A DNA stretch of 63,186 bases, counting the filler, from Methanobacteriota archaeon (GTDB taxonomy: Archaea; JACRDV01): NCBI GenBank assembly GCA_024860865.1. It is 10 parts of 10 records of this genome, joined end to end, with 100 filler letters (N's around TTAATTAATTAA, not from the genome) between each part and the next. Parts side by side here need not be neighbours in the genome. Positions count along the whole stretch, not along the records: positions 50,001 to 55,031 come from JACRDV010000146.1; positions 55,132 to 58,729 come from JACRDV010000147.1; positions 58,830 to 63,186 come from JACRDV010000158.1; 7 more parts are not named here. One strand, 5' to 3'. Both the position numbers and the translations under genes were made by a program. The notes below the pieces were generated by a model. It saw nothing but the letters and a program-made list of their open reading frames with translations. It was not told the origin of the DNA and did no database searches. Below, one piece after another: positions 51,704 through 61,458 of the stretch. Positions within the stretch are counted from its first letter, which is position 1. Every line of letters begins with the position of its first letter.

Positions 51704-53014
51704 TTATCTTTTCTCAAAATTTCCAGACGATAAAATTTTAAGCGCGGGTGGGCGATTGATTATATTCCCGGTTTTCACACCAACTAAGAAGCTAATGCCT
51801 TTCTCATTTGCTAAATCAATTAATCGTTGCGTAACAACACCATCAAACACTACTGCATAAATTTTGTTCGTTGATTCTTGCAACGTTTTTGTTAAATCAC
51901 GCACTATAACTTCGCCCATTAAGTTTAAATCACTATCGAGCAAATGTGCTTTTAAACTTCCTGTTAGAGATTCTAATATATTCAACAGCCTCTCAGATTT
52001 TTCATCCAATTTTTCTTCTTGCTCAAATCTTGGCGGTGCTCGCTCAAAATATTCTCTTCGCTCAAAATATTCTCTTCGCCGTGGTATGTGGGGCCTTCTT
52101 TTGAATTCTGCCCTCTCTGGTTCGATATGCTCAAGAGATAACATTGGTGTTGCCTGTTCGGCTGGAATTTTATTCCTCAATGCTTTTATTATTTCTTTAT
52201 AAGTTAATTCTTCGACTTCTTTGCCCTCTGGAGCGCGAGCCACGTAATCAACTTCTGCAACTTGCAACAATTCCTTTAGTATAAGTTCCCCGCCTCTATC
52301 TCCGTCAACAAAAGCAGTAACTGTTTTTTCTTTACTAATGTCGATAATAGTTTGTGGGATGTTTGTTCCTTCAACAGCTATTGCATTTTTAATGCCGTGC
52401 TTTAATAGAATTAGCACATCAGCTCGTCCCTCAACAACGATTATAGCATCCGATTCCCCAACTGCAGGTCCTGCTGGTAACCTTTCAGAACCGTAGTCAA
52501 TGATTTCGCTAGTTCTAATTGACTGCTTAACTTCTTCTGTAATTTCCTGACTTTCTGGAGTAATTTCTTCAAAAAGAGTTGTTAAAATCTCTCTTGCACG
52601 GTCAATTACCATTCTTCGCTTAGCTGCTCTAACATCCTCAATTTTTAAAACAGATATCTCTGCTTTACACGGACCAACTTTATCGATTGATTCAAGCGCA
52701 GCAGCCAAAACAGCAGTTTCAACCTTGTCTAAGCTAGAAGGTATTATTATTGACCCGTGAGTTTTGCCGCCTGTAGAGCGTATCTCAACTTCGATTCTTC
52801 CTATGCGACCTGTCTTTTGTAACTCACGTAAGTCTAAATCCTCACCCAATAAACCCTCTGTTTGTCCAAAAATAGCCCCGACAACGTCGGGCTTTTCAAC
52901 AATGCCATCAGCATCAATTTCAGCATGTGTAACATATTTTGTAGTAGTAACCTCACCTTTTTCCACGTAAATACCCTCCAATTGTAAACTACCTTGTTCC
53001 AAATTCTCAACCAA
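51704..53014 (-). CDS. dnaG: archaeal DnaG (primase-like, exosome-associated)
   Basis: DVVGAIFGQTEG, VVEGRADV, DGDRGG. Confidence 0.95.
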   Translation of the reverse strand: MVENLEQGSLQLEGIYVEKGEVTTTKYVTHAEIDADGIVEKPDVVGAIFGQTEGLLGEDLDLRELQKTGRIGRIEVEIRSTGGKTHGSIIIPSSLDKVETAVLAAALESIDKVGPCKAEISVLKIEDVRAAKRRMVIDRAREILTTLFEEITPESQEITEEVKQSIRTSEIIDYGSERLPAGPAVGESDAIIVVEGRADVLILLKHGIKNAIAVEGTNIPQTIIDISKEKTVTAFVDGDRGGELILKELLQVAEVDYVARAPEGKEVEELTYKEIIKALRNKIPAEQATPMLSLEHIEPERAEFKRRPHIPRRREYFERREYFERAPPRFEQEEKLDEKSERLLNILESLTGSLKAHLLDSDLNLMGEVIVRDLTKTLQESTNKIYAVVFDGVVTQRLIDLANEKGISFLVGVKTGNIINRPPALKILSSGNFEKR

Positions 53015-53076
53015 TTTTCCAAAAAGAAATTAGAATAAATGGTCATAATTTTTCATTTGGTTTTATATTACATCAT

Positions 53077-53517
53077 CTATAATAAATTATCATAGAAAGA
53101 CAAGCTTAATTTTTTAGTCTTGGCCTGTTTTAGGACATTTTCGAAGTGAACTGCTAAGCTTTCAACATCTTTCAATCCTTTTTTAACTAATTTTTTGAAA
53201 TTTTTTCTAAGTTCTAAATTTGGAGCCACACCTTCTCCTTGAAGGCAAGCGGCCAATTTTTTAGCCGTCTTTTCACCTCTTTTGTCAAAATCGGTCAAAA
53301 TAACCGCTTTAGAAGCTTTTTCTGAGATTTTTTCAGCAAGTGAAAGTAATGATTTGCCTTGAGCTATGGTAATGAATTTTCCGCGTATGCCGAGCTTTTT
53401 TAAAGCACTAACATCACGCCTACCTTCAACAATAATGGGAATTTCATCACTTGACAGTGTTTGAAGCCTCTTTAACAAGGAAAAGAGCTCCTCAATCTGG
53501 GCTTCAGTGTATTTCAA
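53077..53517 (-). CDS. small toprim-domain protein (UPF0292-like)
   Basis: IIVEGRRD, ILTDFDKRG. Confidence 0.9.
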   Translation of the reverse strand: MKYTEAQIEELFSLLKRLQTLSSDEIPIIVEGRRDVSALKKLGIRGKFITIAQGKSLLSLAEKISEKASKAVILTDFDKRGEKTAKKLAACLQGEGVAPNLELRKNFKKLVKKGLKDVESLAVHFENVLKQAKTKKLSLSFYDNLL

Positions 53518-53531
53518 TTAAAATCACCAAA

Positions 53532-53810
53532 TATGGGGCCTGCCTATGCCCTACTGATAACCCTTAGCTATCAGCGGTAGAATTCTTCAATTCCTCCTGC
53601 CAAGTAACCCTCCAGTAGGATAATAGCAGGTCCCGCTCTTGCTAGTGTGCTAGGTCGGGGTTGTCCTTTAATCATTGTTAGGCGTCACGCCAAGTTCATA
53701 AAGGGACCCTAGAAACTTCGGCCTAAATACCCAGCAAGAGGCTCAAATGTTGCCGCAAAGCTTGCTTAAGCGCTCATAAAATCCCGCTTATCCTCGATCC
53801 TGCGGCTTAT
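53532..53810 (-). ncRNA. H/ACA-type guide RNA hairpin (53748-53806) followed by two further long hairpins
   Basis: GCCGCAGG/CTTTGCGGC stem, pocket ATCGAGG/GCAAG, TAAGCG/CGCTTA stem with GA..ATGA K-loop, ACA 15 nt from the pocket; BRE/TATA-like sequence upstream. Confidence 0.7.
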
Positions 53811-54002
53811 GATTTCATTGCATTTATAATATTGTACTGGTTTTTTTAAGAACTTTGCGTTCTAAGCGGAATACTCCTTTTTAAGGTTCTATGTCAATTT
53901 TTCTATCAGATTTAAAAAAGTTTATCAGATTTAAGAGAAAAGCCTTTTTGATTAAAACTTAAATTCAAAATTGGAAAGTGTGTTTTAGTCCTCAGGAGAC
54001 AT

Positions 54003-54203
54003 CTAACGTTTCATCTCTAGATGAATCAACATCAGATTCCGGTTCAGCTTTAGCAAATAATTACTCATCACATCTATCCCGGCTATAAGAAACCTAAAGT
54101 ATGTATCGACAAACGCTCTATTCATATCCACAAATGGGGCAAATGGAAGTAACTTCACATTCTCCTCTGATTGTTGTTTTGTTTTTCTTATTTTAGTTTT
54201 CAC
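54003..54203 (-). CDS. hypothetical protein
   Basis: 66-aa ORF with GTGGTGA RBS-like sequence. Confidence 0.35.
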   Translation of the reverse strand: MKTKIRKTKQQSEENVKLLPFAPFVDMNRAFVDTYFRFLIAGIDVMSNYLLKLNRNLMLIHLEMKR

Positions 54204-54692
54204 TTTTTGTCACCACTCATAGAGCATTTTTAAAAAATATTAAAAGATAACCCAAAGAATCATACAAAAATTACAATTTTGGTAAGAATTTTTTTCAACC
54301 TTATTCAATCCAATTTTAATGATATTTAAGAAAAAAGCCTTTTTGGATTTGATTTCACCATAAATCAGTAGACCATAAGAGCAGTTGTACCTTTTGGAAA
54401 TCCCATTTTTAAGAAAATAACGATGAACCATATCCTGATTATCCATGAGAATAATTCCGCTAATAGAATTAATTACAAGTTGATTCCCTTGGATTTTTAG
54501 GGTATTCACGATGAAATTTAAGCTCGACGAGGTAATGAGAGACAGATCGAGGAACACAGATTTCATAAAAAGAGCATTGCCAAGATTATCTCTTGGGTTA
54601 ATGAGTCAGAAAAGATATTTCCCAGTTATGTTCTTGATGGAAGCAACAACCTATGAGTATGGTTTTGATGTTTCATCAATTTTTTATAATAA

Positions 54693-55031
54693 AATTTCGC
54701 GAGAATACCATTTGTTTTAACTGATGGATGAATCGCTAATACTTCCGGTGACCTCCCCCTCCACTTGTTCCTTGTTCAAATCCAAATTAATTTCAAAAAT
54801 TTTTAATATTTTTAAGTTCTTAATTTCCTTGCGCTTTGCCACCAGGCCTGTGGCTATATGCTACAAGGCAGGGCTGGACTTGAGTTTACGAGTCATTTGT
54901 GACCCAGCCCAAAAGCTGCCGCTCCTCCCGCAGTGAAAGTGCAAAGCGAGTTAGGGCAGGGTAAGGCTTTAGCCCTTTGGGCTCCTGTGGAGAAAAGAGG
55001 GCAGTTGATAGCCGAGTAAAGGCAGCGACCT
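54693..55031 (+). mobile_element. ORF-less IS200/IS605-derived element, copy 3 (cut by gap)
   Basis: Near-identical to the reverse complement of about 40590-40932. Confidence 0.82.
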
Positions 55032-55198
55032 NNNNNNNNNNNNNNNNNNNNNNNNNNNNNNNNNNNNNNNNNNNNTTAATTAATTAANNNNNNNNNNNNN
55101 NNNNNNNNNNNNNNNNNNNNNNNNNNNNNNNATTATACCTCAGAAACCTGTTTAAGCGGTGAAAAGCCAGCAGAAACCTGCATTTATATCAAATCCCT

Positions 55199-55825
55199 TT
55201 ATGACCTCGGCTTGTACATTCTTAGTTTCGGCCTAATCAAAAACCTCTCTTTTTTATTAACATCCCTTACCTTTCCCGCATTTTCCAATCCAAATGCCTT
55301 AGCCATCATTCCCAGTTCTTGATAACTGATTACCTTACCTTTAAGATCTTTCACTAAAGCCTTGAAAGCTTCCTCTTCTCTTTCTTCTAAGTAGAGTATA
55401 CTTCTTCTTTTTATCCTAGTTATCTTGACTGGAAAATACTTTTTTAGCATAGTTTTCGTGTATCGAGAAACAGTTTTCATGCTATAGCCCTTTTCCATGA
55501 GATCCTGGATTATTTTTAAACTTCTTCCCCTTATCCCCTTGTTGCCTTGACCTACAGTTATATCTCTTGTCCAGTTTAAGATAGTAGAATAGCAAATGCC
55601 AATATCTTCAGCCACTGATATCTTTGATCCTTCCTTGCTAACCCTTTCTCTAACTTCTTGTTTTATCTCTTGAGAATAGCTTTTTCTTCTTTTAATATCG
55701 CCAGTCCAAGTGAGGATTGTTCCGTAAGGTACATCCATATCTTGAGAAACTGACAATTTGCTCTCTCTGTTGATTATTCTTTCTCTTACTTCTTTCTTAA
55801 TCATCTCTGGATACTTTCTTGGCAT
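55199..55825 (-). CDS. protein with two tandem HTH repeats
   Basis: Repeats Y..EIK.EVRER......K.SV..D....Y.TIL.WT.DI. Confidence 0.65.
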   Translation of the reverse strand: MPRKYPEMIKKEVRERIINRESKLSVSQDMDVPYGTILTWTGDIKRRKSYSQEIKQEVRERVSKEGSKISVAEDIGICYSTILNWTRDITVGQGNKGIRGRSLKIIQDLMEKGYSMKTVSRYTKTMLKKYFPVKITRIKRRSILYLEEREEEAFKALVKDLKGKVISYQELGMMAKAFGLENAGKVRDVNKKERFLIRPKLRMYKPRS

Positions 55826-55989
55826 TATCTACAATCTTGTAAAGCATGATAAAGGTAGTTTCTTTCATTGGTAGAATGAACTCTAGTAAAAGTTAGATAT
55901 TGAACAATTAAAAATCAGAAAAATGGACTTTCAGAGCCTATACTCAAAGAATTTGTCTTTCATTGGTAGATTTTTACTTTGCGATCTAC

Positions 55990-56262
55990 TGATCTAAAGA
56001 TGATTTTGATGAAGAGCTCTCTAAAATTAGAATTAAAATAAAACAATTATCTTTAGATTTAGCAGATAAAATCACAAAAAATGCAATAAAGTACCGAAGC
56101 CATTATCCATTTATTCATCATGCCAGAGATTATGTCATTGGAACTACTGCTCAAGATGAAGAAGCAATATTGATTACCTATAATGTCAATCACTTTAATT
56201 GGCTAAAAGATGAAGGTATTGAAGTAATGACTCCAGAACAATTTGCTTCCATAACTGTGTAA
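55990..56262 (+). pseudogene. PIN-domain remnant
   Basis: ARDYVIGTTA....AILITYNVNHF...VMTPEQF with no intact 5' end. Confidence 0.55.
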
Positions 56263-56264
56263 GA

Positions 56265-56518
56265 TAATTTCACGAGAATATCATTTGTTTTTAGCTGATG
56301 GATGGATATTACTTCCGGTGACTTTTCTCCACTTCTTTGTTCGAATTCAAATGCCTTCAAAAATTTTTAATATTGTCAAGCTCTTAATCTTCCTTGCGCT
56401 TTGCCACTAGGCCTGTGGCTATACGCTAGCAGGGCTGGACTTGAGCCCATAGGTCACTTGGGACCCGGCCACTAAGCTGCCGCTGTGATGCCATTGGCTT
56501 TAACTGCAGGTAGTTCAC
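56265..56518 (+). mobile_element. ORF-less IS200/IS605-derived element, short copy 4
   Basis: Same left end, promoter and CCTTGCGCTTTGCCAC..GGCCTGTGGCTA start; ends GATGCCATTGGCTTTAACTGCAGGTAGTTCAC. Confidence 0.78.
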
Positions 56519-56611
56519 TCTTCAATTGATTTGATATTAGAGCCAAATAAAAAGAATTTAATCTTTAACTTTTTATATGGAATTGGCGAAGAGAGAGTGA
56601 GGAAAGCAATT

Positions 56612-57178
56612 TTGAAAATTATTGCAATCGCAGGAATGTGCGGCTCTGGTAAAGATATTACGATTGAAAAATTTGTTAGCAGTTCAAAAATTCCAGTAGT
56701 AAATATGGGCGATATAGTGAGAAGAGAAGCTGAGATGATAGGATTAGCTCCAAATACGGAGACTTTAGGAAAAATTGCCACTGAGCTAAGAGAAGATGAA
56801 GGCCCCAGTATAATTGCTGAGCGATGCATTCCAATAGTTAGAGAATTCATGGAACAAAATCCAAAGGCAATAATTATCCTAGGGTTGCGAAGCTTAGCTG
56901 AAGTTGAGACATTTAAAAGAGCTTTTGGCGAAAATTTTAGTTTAATTGCAGTTCACGCTTCACCAAGAGTTCGATTTGAAAGATTAAAGAAAAGAGGGCG
57001 TTCTGATGACCCAACAGAATGGAAGAAATTTGAAGAGCGCGATATCCGAGAGCTAAAATTTGGATTAGGAGAAGTTATTGCGTTAGCTGATTATGTAATT
57101 GTAAATGAAGGCGCACTTATTGAGGCTCAAAAACAAGCCGAAGAAATTCTTAATAGGATTGTTGCTGATAATATATGA
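56612..57178 (+). CDS. UPF0200-type P-loop nucleotide kinase
   Basis: IAGMCGSGK, MGD.VR, RGRSDD, RD.REL.FG. Confidence 0.88.
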   Translation: MKIIAIAGMCGSGKDITIEKFVSSSKIPVVNMGDIVRREAEMIGLAPNTETLGKIATELREDEGPSIIAERCIPIVREFMEQNPKAIIILGLRSLAEVETFKRAFGENFSLIAVHASPRVRFERLKKRGRSDDPTEWKKFEERDIRELKFGLGEVIALADYVIVNEGALIEAQKQAEEILNRIVADNI

Positions 57179-57609
57179 TTATCCACAAAGTTCGAGCTGA
57201 AACAATTATCTGTCCAACTGAAGATGAAAAAAAAGTCAGAGCTGCGCTGGAGAACATAATCGTTTTAAAGCAATTTGCTGAGGAGGAACAAGAGCTAGGA
57301 AAGTTACTCTTTGTAGAAACAACGGAGGGAAAAATTATTTTGAGTAAGCTTCACAAATTAATGCGCACGCAGAGGATTCTTGATACAGCTAGAGAATTTA
57401 TGAAAAAGTATCAATTGAGCAATGAAATCACTCTTAAACTAAATAAGCAAGCAGCTTTAATGGGAGTTGTTAGTTTTACTGAAGGAGAAACCTCCCTTGG
57501 GCCTATTGTTATAAAAATTACTACTAGCAAACCAGAACAAGTAATTGATTGGCTAGCCCCGAAAACTAAAGATGGAAAACCATTGTATGAAATTGAACTT
57601 GAGGGTTAA
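57175..57609 (+). CDS. UPF0201 RNA-binding protein
   Basis: PTED..KV..AL.N, QRILDTAR, LNKQAA, IDWLAP.T. Confidence 0.88.
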   Translation: MIIHKVRAETIICPTEDEKKVRAALENIIVLKQFAEEEQELGKLLFVETTEGKIILSKLHKLMRTQRILDTAREFMKKYQLSNEITLKLNKQAALMGVVSFTEGETSLGPIVIKITTSKPEQVIDWLAPKTKDGKPLYEIELEG

Positions 57610-57611
57610 CC

Positions 57612-58412
57612 TTGAAAATTGGTATGTCAACTCTTGCATTGATTCTTGACCCTATAGAGAAGGCACTTAAAAAAATTGAAGCAATGAAATTCGATTGTTG
57701 GGAAATAATTGCTGAAGGTCCGCATCGATTAACAACTCATAATCTAAAAGAGTTAAAAAAAATCAAAGAACTTAATTCGATTGAACTTACGATTCATGCG
57801 CCATATTCAGATCTCAATTTAGCTAGTTTAAATCCAGAAATCTTGGCTGAAACAATTAAACAAACAAAAGAAAGCATAACTGCCGCTCATAAATTGGGCG
57901 CTAAAATAGTTACGCTTCATCCAGGCCGCTTGTCACCTTACGGAATGTTTATCCCTAAGCAAGCATGGAAAACGAATCTTGAATCAATTGCCATATGTGC
58001 CGATTTTGCAAAAGATCTTGATATTATAATCGCTATTGAAAATATGCCGAAATTTTTTGGGGTATTTGGGCAGACTCCAGAGGAACTTTTAGAGATGATT
58101 GATAATATTAATTCTAAAAATTTGCAACTAACTTTTGATGTTGGTCATGCGTATATTGTGAACCCAGCAGTCATGGAGTTTATTGAAAAAATAAAGGACT
58201 TTATAGCAAGTATACATCTTCACAATAACGATGGCGCTCAAGATTTGCATTTTTCACTTAAAAAAGGTATAATTAGCTATAAGGAAATCCTTCAGAAGTT
58301 TCATGAAATAAACTACAATGGTTTATTGATAATTGAAACTCGCTCGTTAGATGATGCTATAGAGAGCAAAGCTTTTCTTGAAGCTTTTAGTAAGAATTAT
58401 TTTTCTAGTTAG
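57612..58412 (+). CDS. sugar-phosphate isomerase/epimerase (AP-endonuclease-2 TIM barrel)
   Basis: HAPY.DLN, HPG, IENM, FDVGH, HLHNNDG..D.H. Confidence 0.88.
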   Translation: MKIGMSTLALILDPIEKALKKIEAMKFDCWEIIAEGPHRLTTHNLKELKKIKELNSIELTIHAPYSDLNLASLNPEILAETIKQTKESITAAHKLGAKIVTLHPGRLSPYGMFIPKQAWKTNLESIAICADFAKDLDIIIAIENMPKFFGVFGQTPEELLEMIDNINSKNLQLTFDVGHAYIVNPAVMEFIEKIKDFIASIHLHNNDGAQDLHFSLKKGIISYKEILQKFHEINYNGLLIIETRSLDDAIESKAFLEAFSKNYFSS

Positions 58413-58443
58413 CTGTTTTCTTAAAACTTAAAATTGAGTTAGT

Positions 58444-58653
58444 TTACATCGGTGCGGCTAACTTAACATCTTCGGCTACAATGGTTTTCCTTCCACTACT
58501 TTTTGCAATAGCAGCCGCTTTTTCTGCAATTTTTTTGGAGAGTTCTTCCATTAATGCAGCCATTTCTCTGGCAGCTTTAGGACTTACTCTTTCAGCGTAT
58601 AAATGGAGAATTCTCGCAAAGGGAGCAGTAGCCAATTCTTTCTTGGGACCCAT
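58444..58653 (-). CDS. archaeal histone (divergent)
   Basis: ELA.APFARI...AERVS..A...GRKTI.AEDV.LA. Confidence 0.88.
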   Translation of the reverse strand: MGPKKELATAPFARILHLYAERVSPKAAREMAALMEELSKKIAEKAAAIAKSSGRKTIVAEDVKLAAPM

Positions 58654-58829
58654 GCCTTTCACCTCTAACTAAAAATTGAGAGCTTCCTGCTTTTTTTGTT
58701 TTTTATTTTAATTTGGGATAGTTTAGAAANNNNNNNNNNNNNNNNNNNNNNNNNNNNNNNNNNNNNNNNNNNNTTAATTAATTAANNNNNNNNNNNNNNN
58801 NNNNNNNNNNNNNNNNNNNNNNNNNNNNN

Positions 58830-59261
58830 AAGGATGTCTGCATTCAGAATAACTACAGGGCATTTGATTTCAAGACAATAGATGAGCGTGCTTACACCCT
58901 TGAAAGAGAGCCCATCTTTCTGATCAATAAAAAAGATAGATATGGTTCAATACAAATCGGTGATGTCAGGACAGCAACAGTAGAAAAAACGATAGTTGAC
59001 ATGATATTTTTAGTCACCAGAAAAAATTATCCGCTTTCTGGCAGGGAAATAGGGAGGACAATTTACAACATCCTCGAAACAAAGTCCTTGAACATCGGCT
59101 TGATGATACGCTATGCAACAAGAAGAAACATGAGCGCAGAAGTCACAAGAATACTCGCAAAGCTATACCAGAGATACCCTCACCTAAAGGTTTTGGAAAG
59201 ATTTGCAGCCAGAGAAAAAAGCATAGAAAAAGTTGTAAACGAAATCACAGGAGAATACTGA
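58830..59261 (+). CDS. type IV TA antitoxin (AbiEi-like), 5' cut by gap
   Basis: Open from contig start; ATVEKTIVD motif; coupled to the downstream toxin. Confidence 0.65.
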   Translation, partial: KDVCIQNNYRAFDFKTIDERAYTLEREPIFLINKKDRYGSIQIGDVRTATVEKTIVDMIFLVTRKNYPLSGREIGRTIYNILETKSLNIGLMIRYATRRNMSAEVTRILAKLYQRYPHLKVLERFAAREKSIEKVVNEITGEY

Positions 59262-60415
59262 TGGCTACGCTGTTTGGAGAACATGAATCAAAATTGTTGG
59301 GTAATAAAAAGTCCTTCGAAAGAAGGAATGTCGAAAAATTCAGAAGAAAGTATCGAGATGTGCAACTGATAGAGAAAGCCATTTATGTATTAGAATACTT
59401 GTCACAGTTGCGAAGTGTTGGCTTAAATCCATTGTTTAGAGGCGGTTCTGCCACACAGTTTATGCTTCCCACTCCCATAAGAAGGCTCAGCATCGATCTT
59501 GATATAGCAACAAGCCAACCAGAGAAGTTGCTAGAATGCATGAAGTCGATTAATCTAAAATTTGATAAAAAGTTTTTTGATTTTACTAAAGACAGAAGGC
59601 CTGGACTGCATTACAGGATAACAACCCCAACATATTACACCCCTGGGTTTTCTGGATTCTTTTTGTTGGATGTGTTTGAAAAAGAACCGAAATATAAAAC
59701 ACGGATGATGAAACTAAAAACAGAGTACTATGAATCCAACGCAAGAGCAAAAATACCCACAGTAAATTCAATGCTAGGAGATAAGCTATCCACACTTGGT
59801 CTTAGAACAATTGGTCTTCATAAAAACAGGCCGTCAATGGAACAAAGCAAGCAACTTTACGACATAATTCAGCTGTTAGACCATGCAACTGATTTTAGAG
59901 ACATATATGATGCATATTCTAATTGCTTCAAGATTCAAGTGGGTTTCCGAGGATTAAAAATCTGTCTAGATGACGCTCTAGATGACTTGGCATATACGTT
60001 AAAATTATTTGTAATAAGCCAACCAACTGGAGCTCTTCCAGCTAAAATGAGGGATGACGCTGCGTACATAAGAGATGGTATAAGAAAAGTTGAGAGTCAT
60101 CTGAGAAGGGATATAAGGTTTACATATCTCTCAGCGCGGGTTGGTGCTGCAAAAACACTGTTTGCATCTAGGGTTCTAAAGTTAGTAAATGAGAGAAAAC
60201 TTACGAGCAAAGAAGCAACTCAGATATTAAGACTTCTAAAAGATATAAGCGGAAAAGTTGCTGATAAAGATTTTATTGAAAAAATCATACCAAAAGTGAG
60301 ACAAAAGGAAAAAGCGATTAATCCAAATGAACTGAGAGGAAATGCTCCGCTAGCGCTCATATACATATACGGCTACTGGTACCCCTTTGAGCTGGTTGAC
60401 GAAGTAAGAACATGA
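59261..60415 (+). CDS. AbiEii-like nucleotidyltransferase toxin
   Basis: FRGGSA...RRLSIDLD, GDKLST, KQLYDI. Confidence 0.85.
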   Translation: MATLFGEHESKLLGNKKSFERRNVEKFRRKYRDVQLIEKAIYVLEYLSQLRSVGLNPLFRGGSATQFMLPTPIRRLSIDLDIATSQPEKLLECMKSINLKFDKKFFDFTKDRRPGLHYRITTPTYYTPGFSGFFLLDVFEKEPKYKTRMMKLKTEYYESNARAKIPTVNSMLGDKLSTLGLRTIGLHKNRPSMEQSKQLYDIIQLLDHATDFRDIYDAYSNCFKIQVGFRGLKICLDDALDDLAYTLKLFVISQPTGALPAKMRDDAAYIRDGIRKVESHLRRDIRFTYLSARVGAAKTLFASRVLKLVNERKLTSKEATQILRLLKDISGKVADKDFIEKIIPKVRQKEKAINPNELRGNAPLALIYIYGYWYPFELVDEVRT

Positions 60416-60700
60416 ACACCAATCCTTCTTCTACGTTATCCACGTCCTACCCTTTATAATATATTGAGCAAAAAAAGCACTCGTGCTATAATCAATAGGT
60501 ATTTGGGAAAGTGGGGTATTCACACCCAATTAGGCCCACTATTTTGAATATTCGACCCAATGTTCTAAAAAACTGAATGTTTTAGCGTAAATTCATTGAT
60601 TCTATCGCAACCTACAAGAACTTTTAAAAATAATAATGAGATAAATTATTATAGGAAACTGGTCTTTCATACTTTAGCGGGGTTAATCGGGCTCCACCTT

Positions 60701-60866
60701 AGCGGGGACCGCAGCATTTGCGGCCGCAATAGGGTAGCCAGGAAATCCCGTCGGACGTATGCTAAATATAGCATATGGGCAAAGCTCATAAGGTCGTCCT
60801 AGACCAATGAGGTCAAGGATTTCCTAAGAGACCCGAAGATCGGAAGTTCAAATCTTCCCCCCGCTA
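60701..60866 (+). tRNA. initiator tRNA-Met(CAU) with introns at 7/8 (60708-60729), 30/31 (60755-60783) and 37/38 (60791-60830); duplicated acceptor strand at 60676-60682
   Basis: Spliced: AGCGGGGTAGGGTAGCCAGGAAATCCCGTCGGGCTCATAACCCGAAGATCGGAAGTTCAAATCTTCCCCCCGCTA; A1-U72 and three G-C anticodon pairs. Confidence 0.88.
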
Positions 60867-61018
60867 TCAAAATTTGACAACCCATACTTTCTGTAATTTA
60901 AAAAAAATAACTTCTTGCAAAAACTAAAACAAACTTTTTCCTAGCCATCAAAATGAGTAAACTTTAAAACCTAAGAAGTTGTTTATTAGAAGAATTTAGT
61001 TTGAATAGGGGTGTTGAA

Positions 61019-61288
61019 ATGTCCGCTAGTGAACTTGTAATAGCTGAAAACTGCAAAAAGGCCGGCCTTTCTGACGATGAAACAAAGGTCTATATCGCTA
61101 TGGTTAAAATTGGAGCGCGTCAAGCTTCTCCTAAGGAAGTTGAAGCAATAATGAAGGAAAGCAAGATCCCGGCTAAAGGAAAATTCACTAGTGTGCTTCA
61201 GCAACTGGTCAGTAAAGGATATGCTAAGCGCGAAGTTCGAGAAAAACGTTCTCGTTATTACCTCAACGAAGGGAAAAAACTCTTCTAA
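61019..61288 (+). CDS. winged-helix (TrmB-like) DNA-binding protein
   Basis: GLS..E.KVY.A...L..LV.KG...R. Confidence 0.7.
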   Translation: MSASELVIAENCKKAGLSDDETKVYIAMVKIGARQASPKEVEAIMKESKIPAKGKFTSVLQQLVSKGYAKREVREKRSRYYLNEGKKLF

Positions 61289-61458
61289 TTTTTAAAAATC
61301 TTTACAAATCGCTCTCTTATACTCTTCTTAAGCTGACATACATTTGGCTTGTTGCTTTAGCTGCTTCGTGCTCTTACACAACTCTCAACGAGAGAGAAAT
61401 CTCCAGTATACTAATTCATCAATTAGCTGATGCTATCTATTTAAATTTATACAACCAA

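Noticed and set aside
52039-52080. 18-bp tandem repeat in dnaG (REYFER twice)
   Set aside because: In-frame duplication in a variable linker; not an array
53532-53810. RNase P or SRP RNA
   Set aside because: No GAGGAAAGTCC/AACAGAA or GCCAGG..GGAAG..AGCA motifs on either strand
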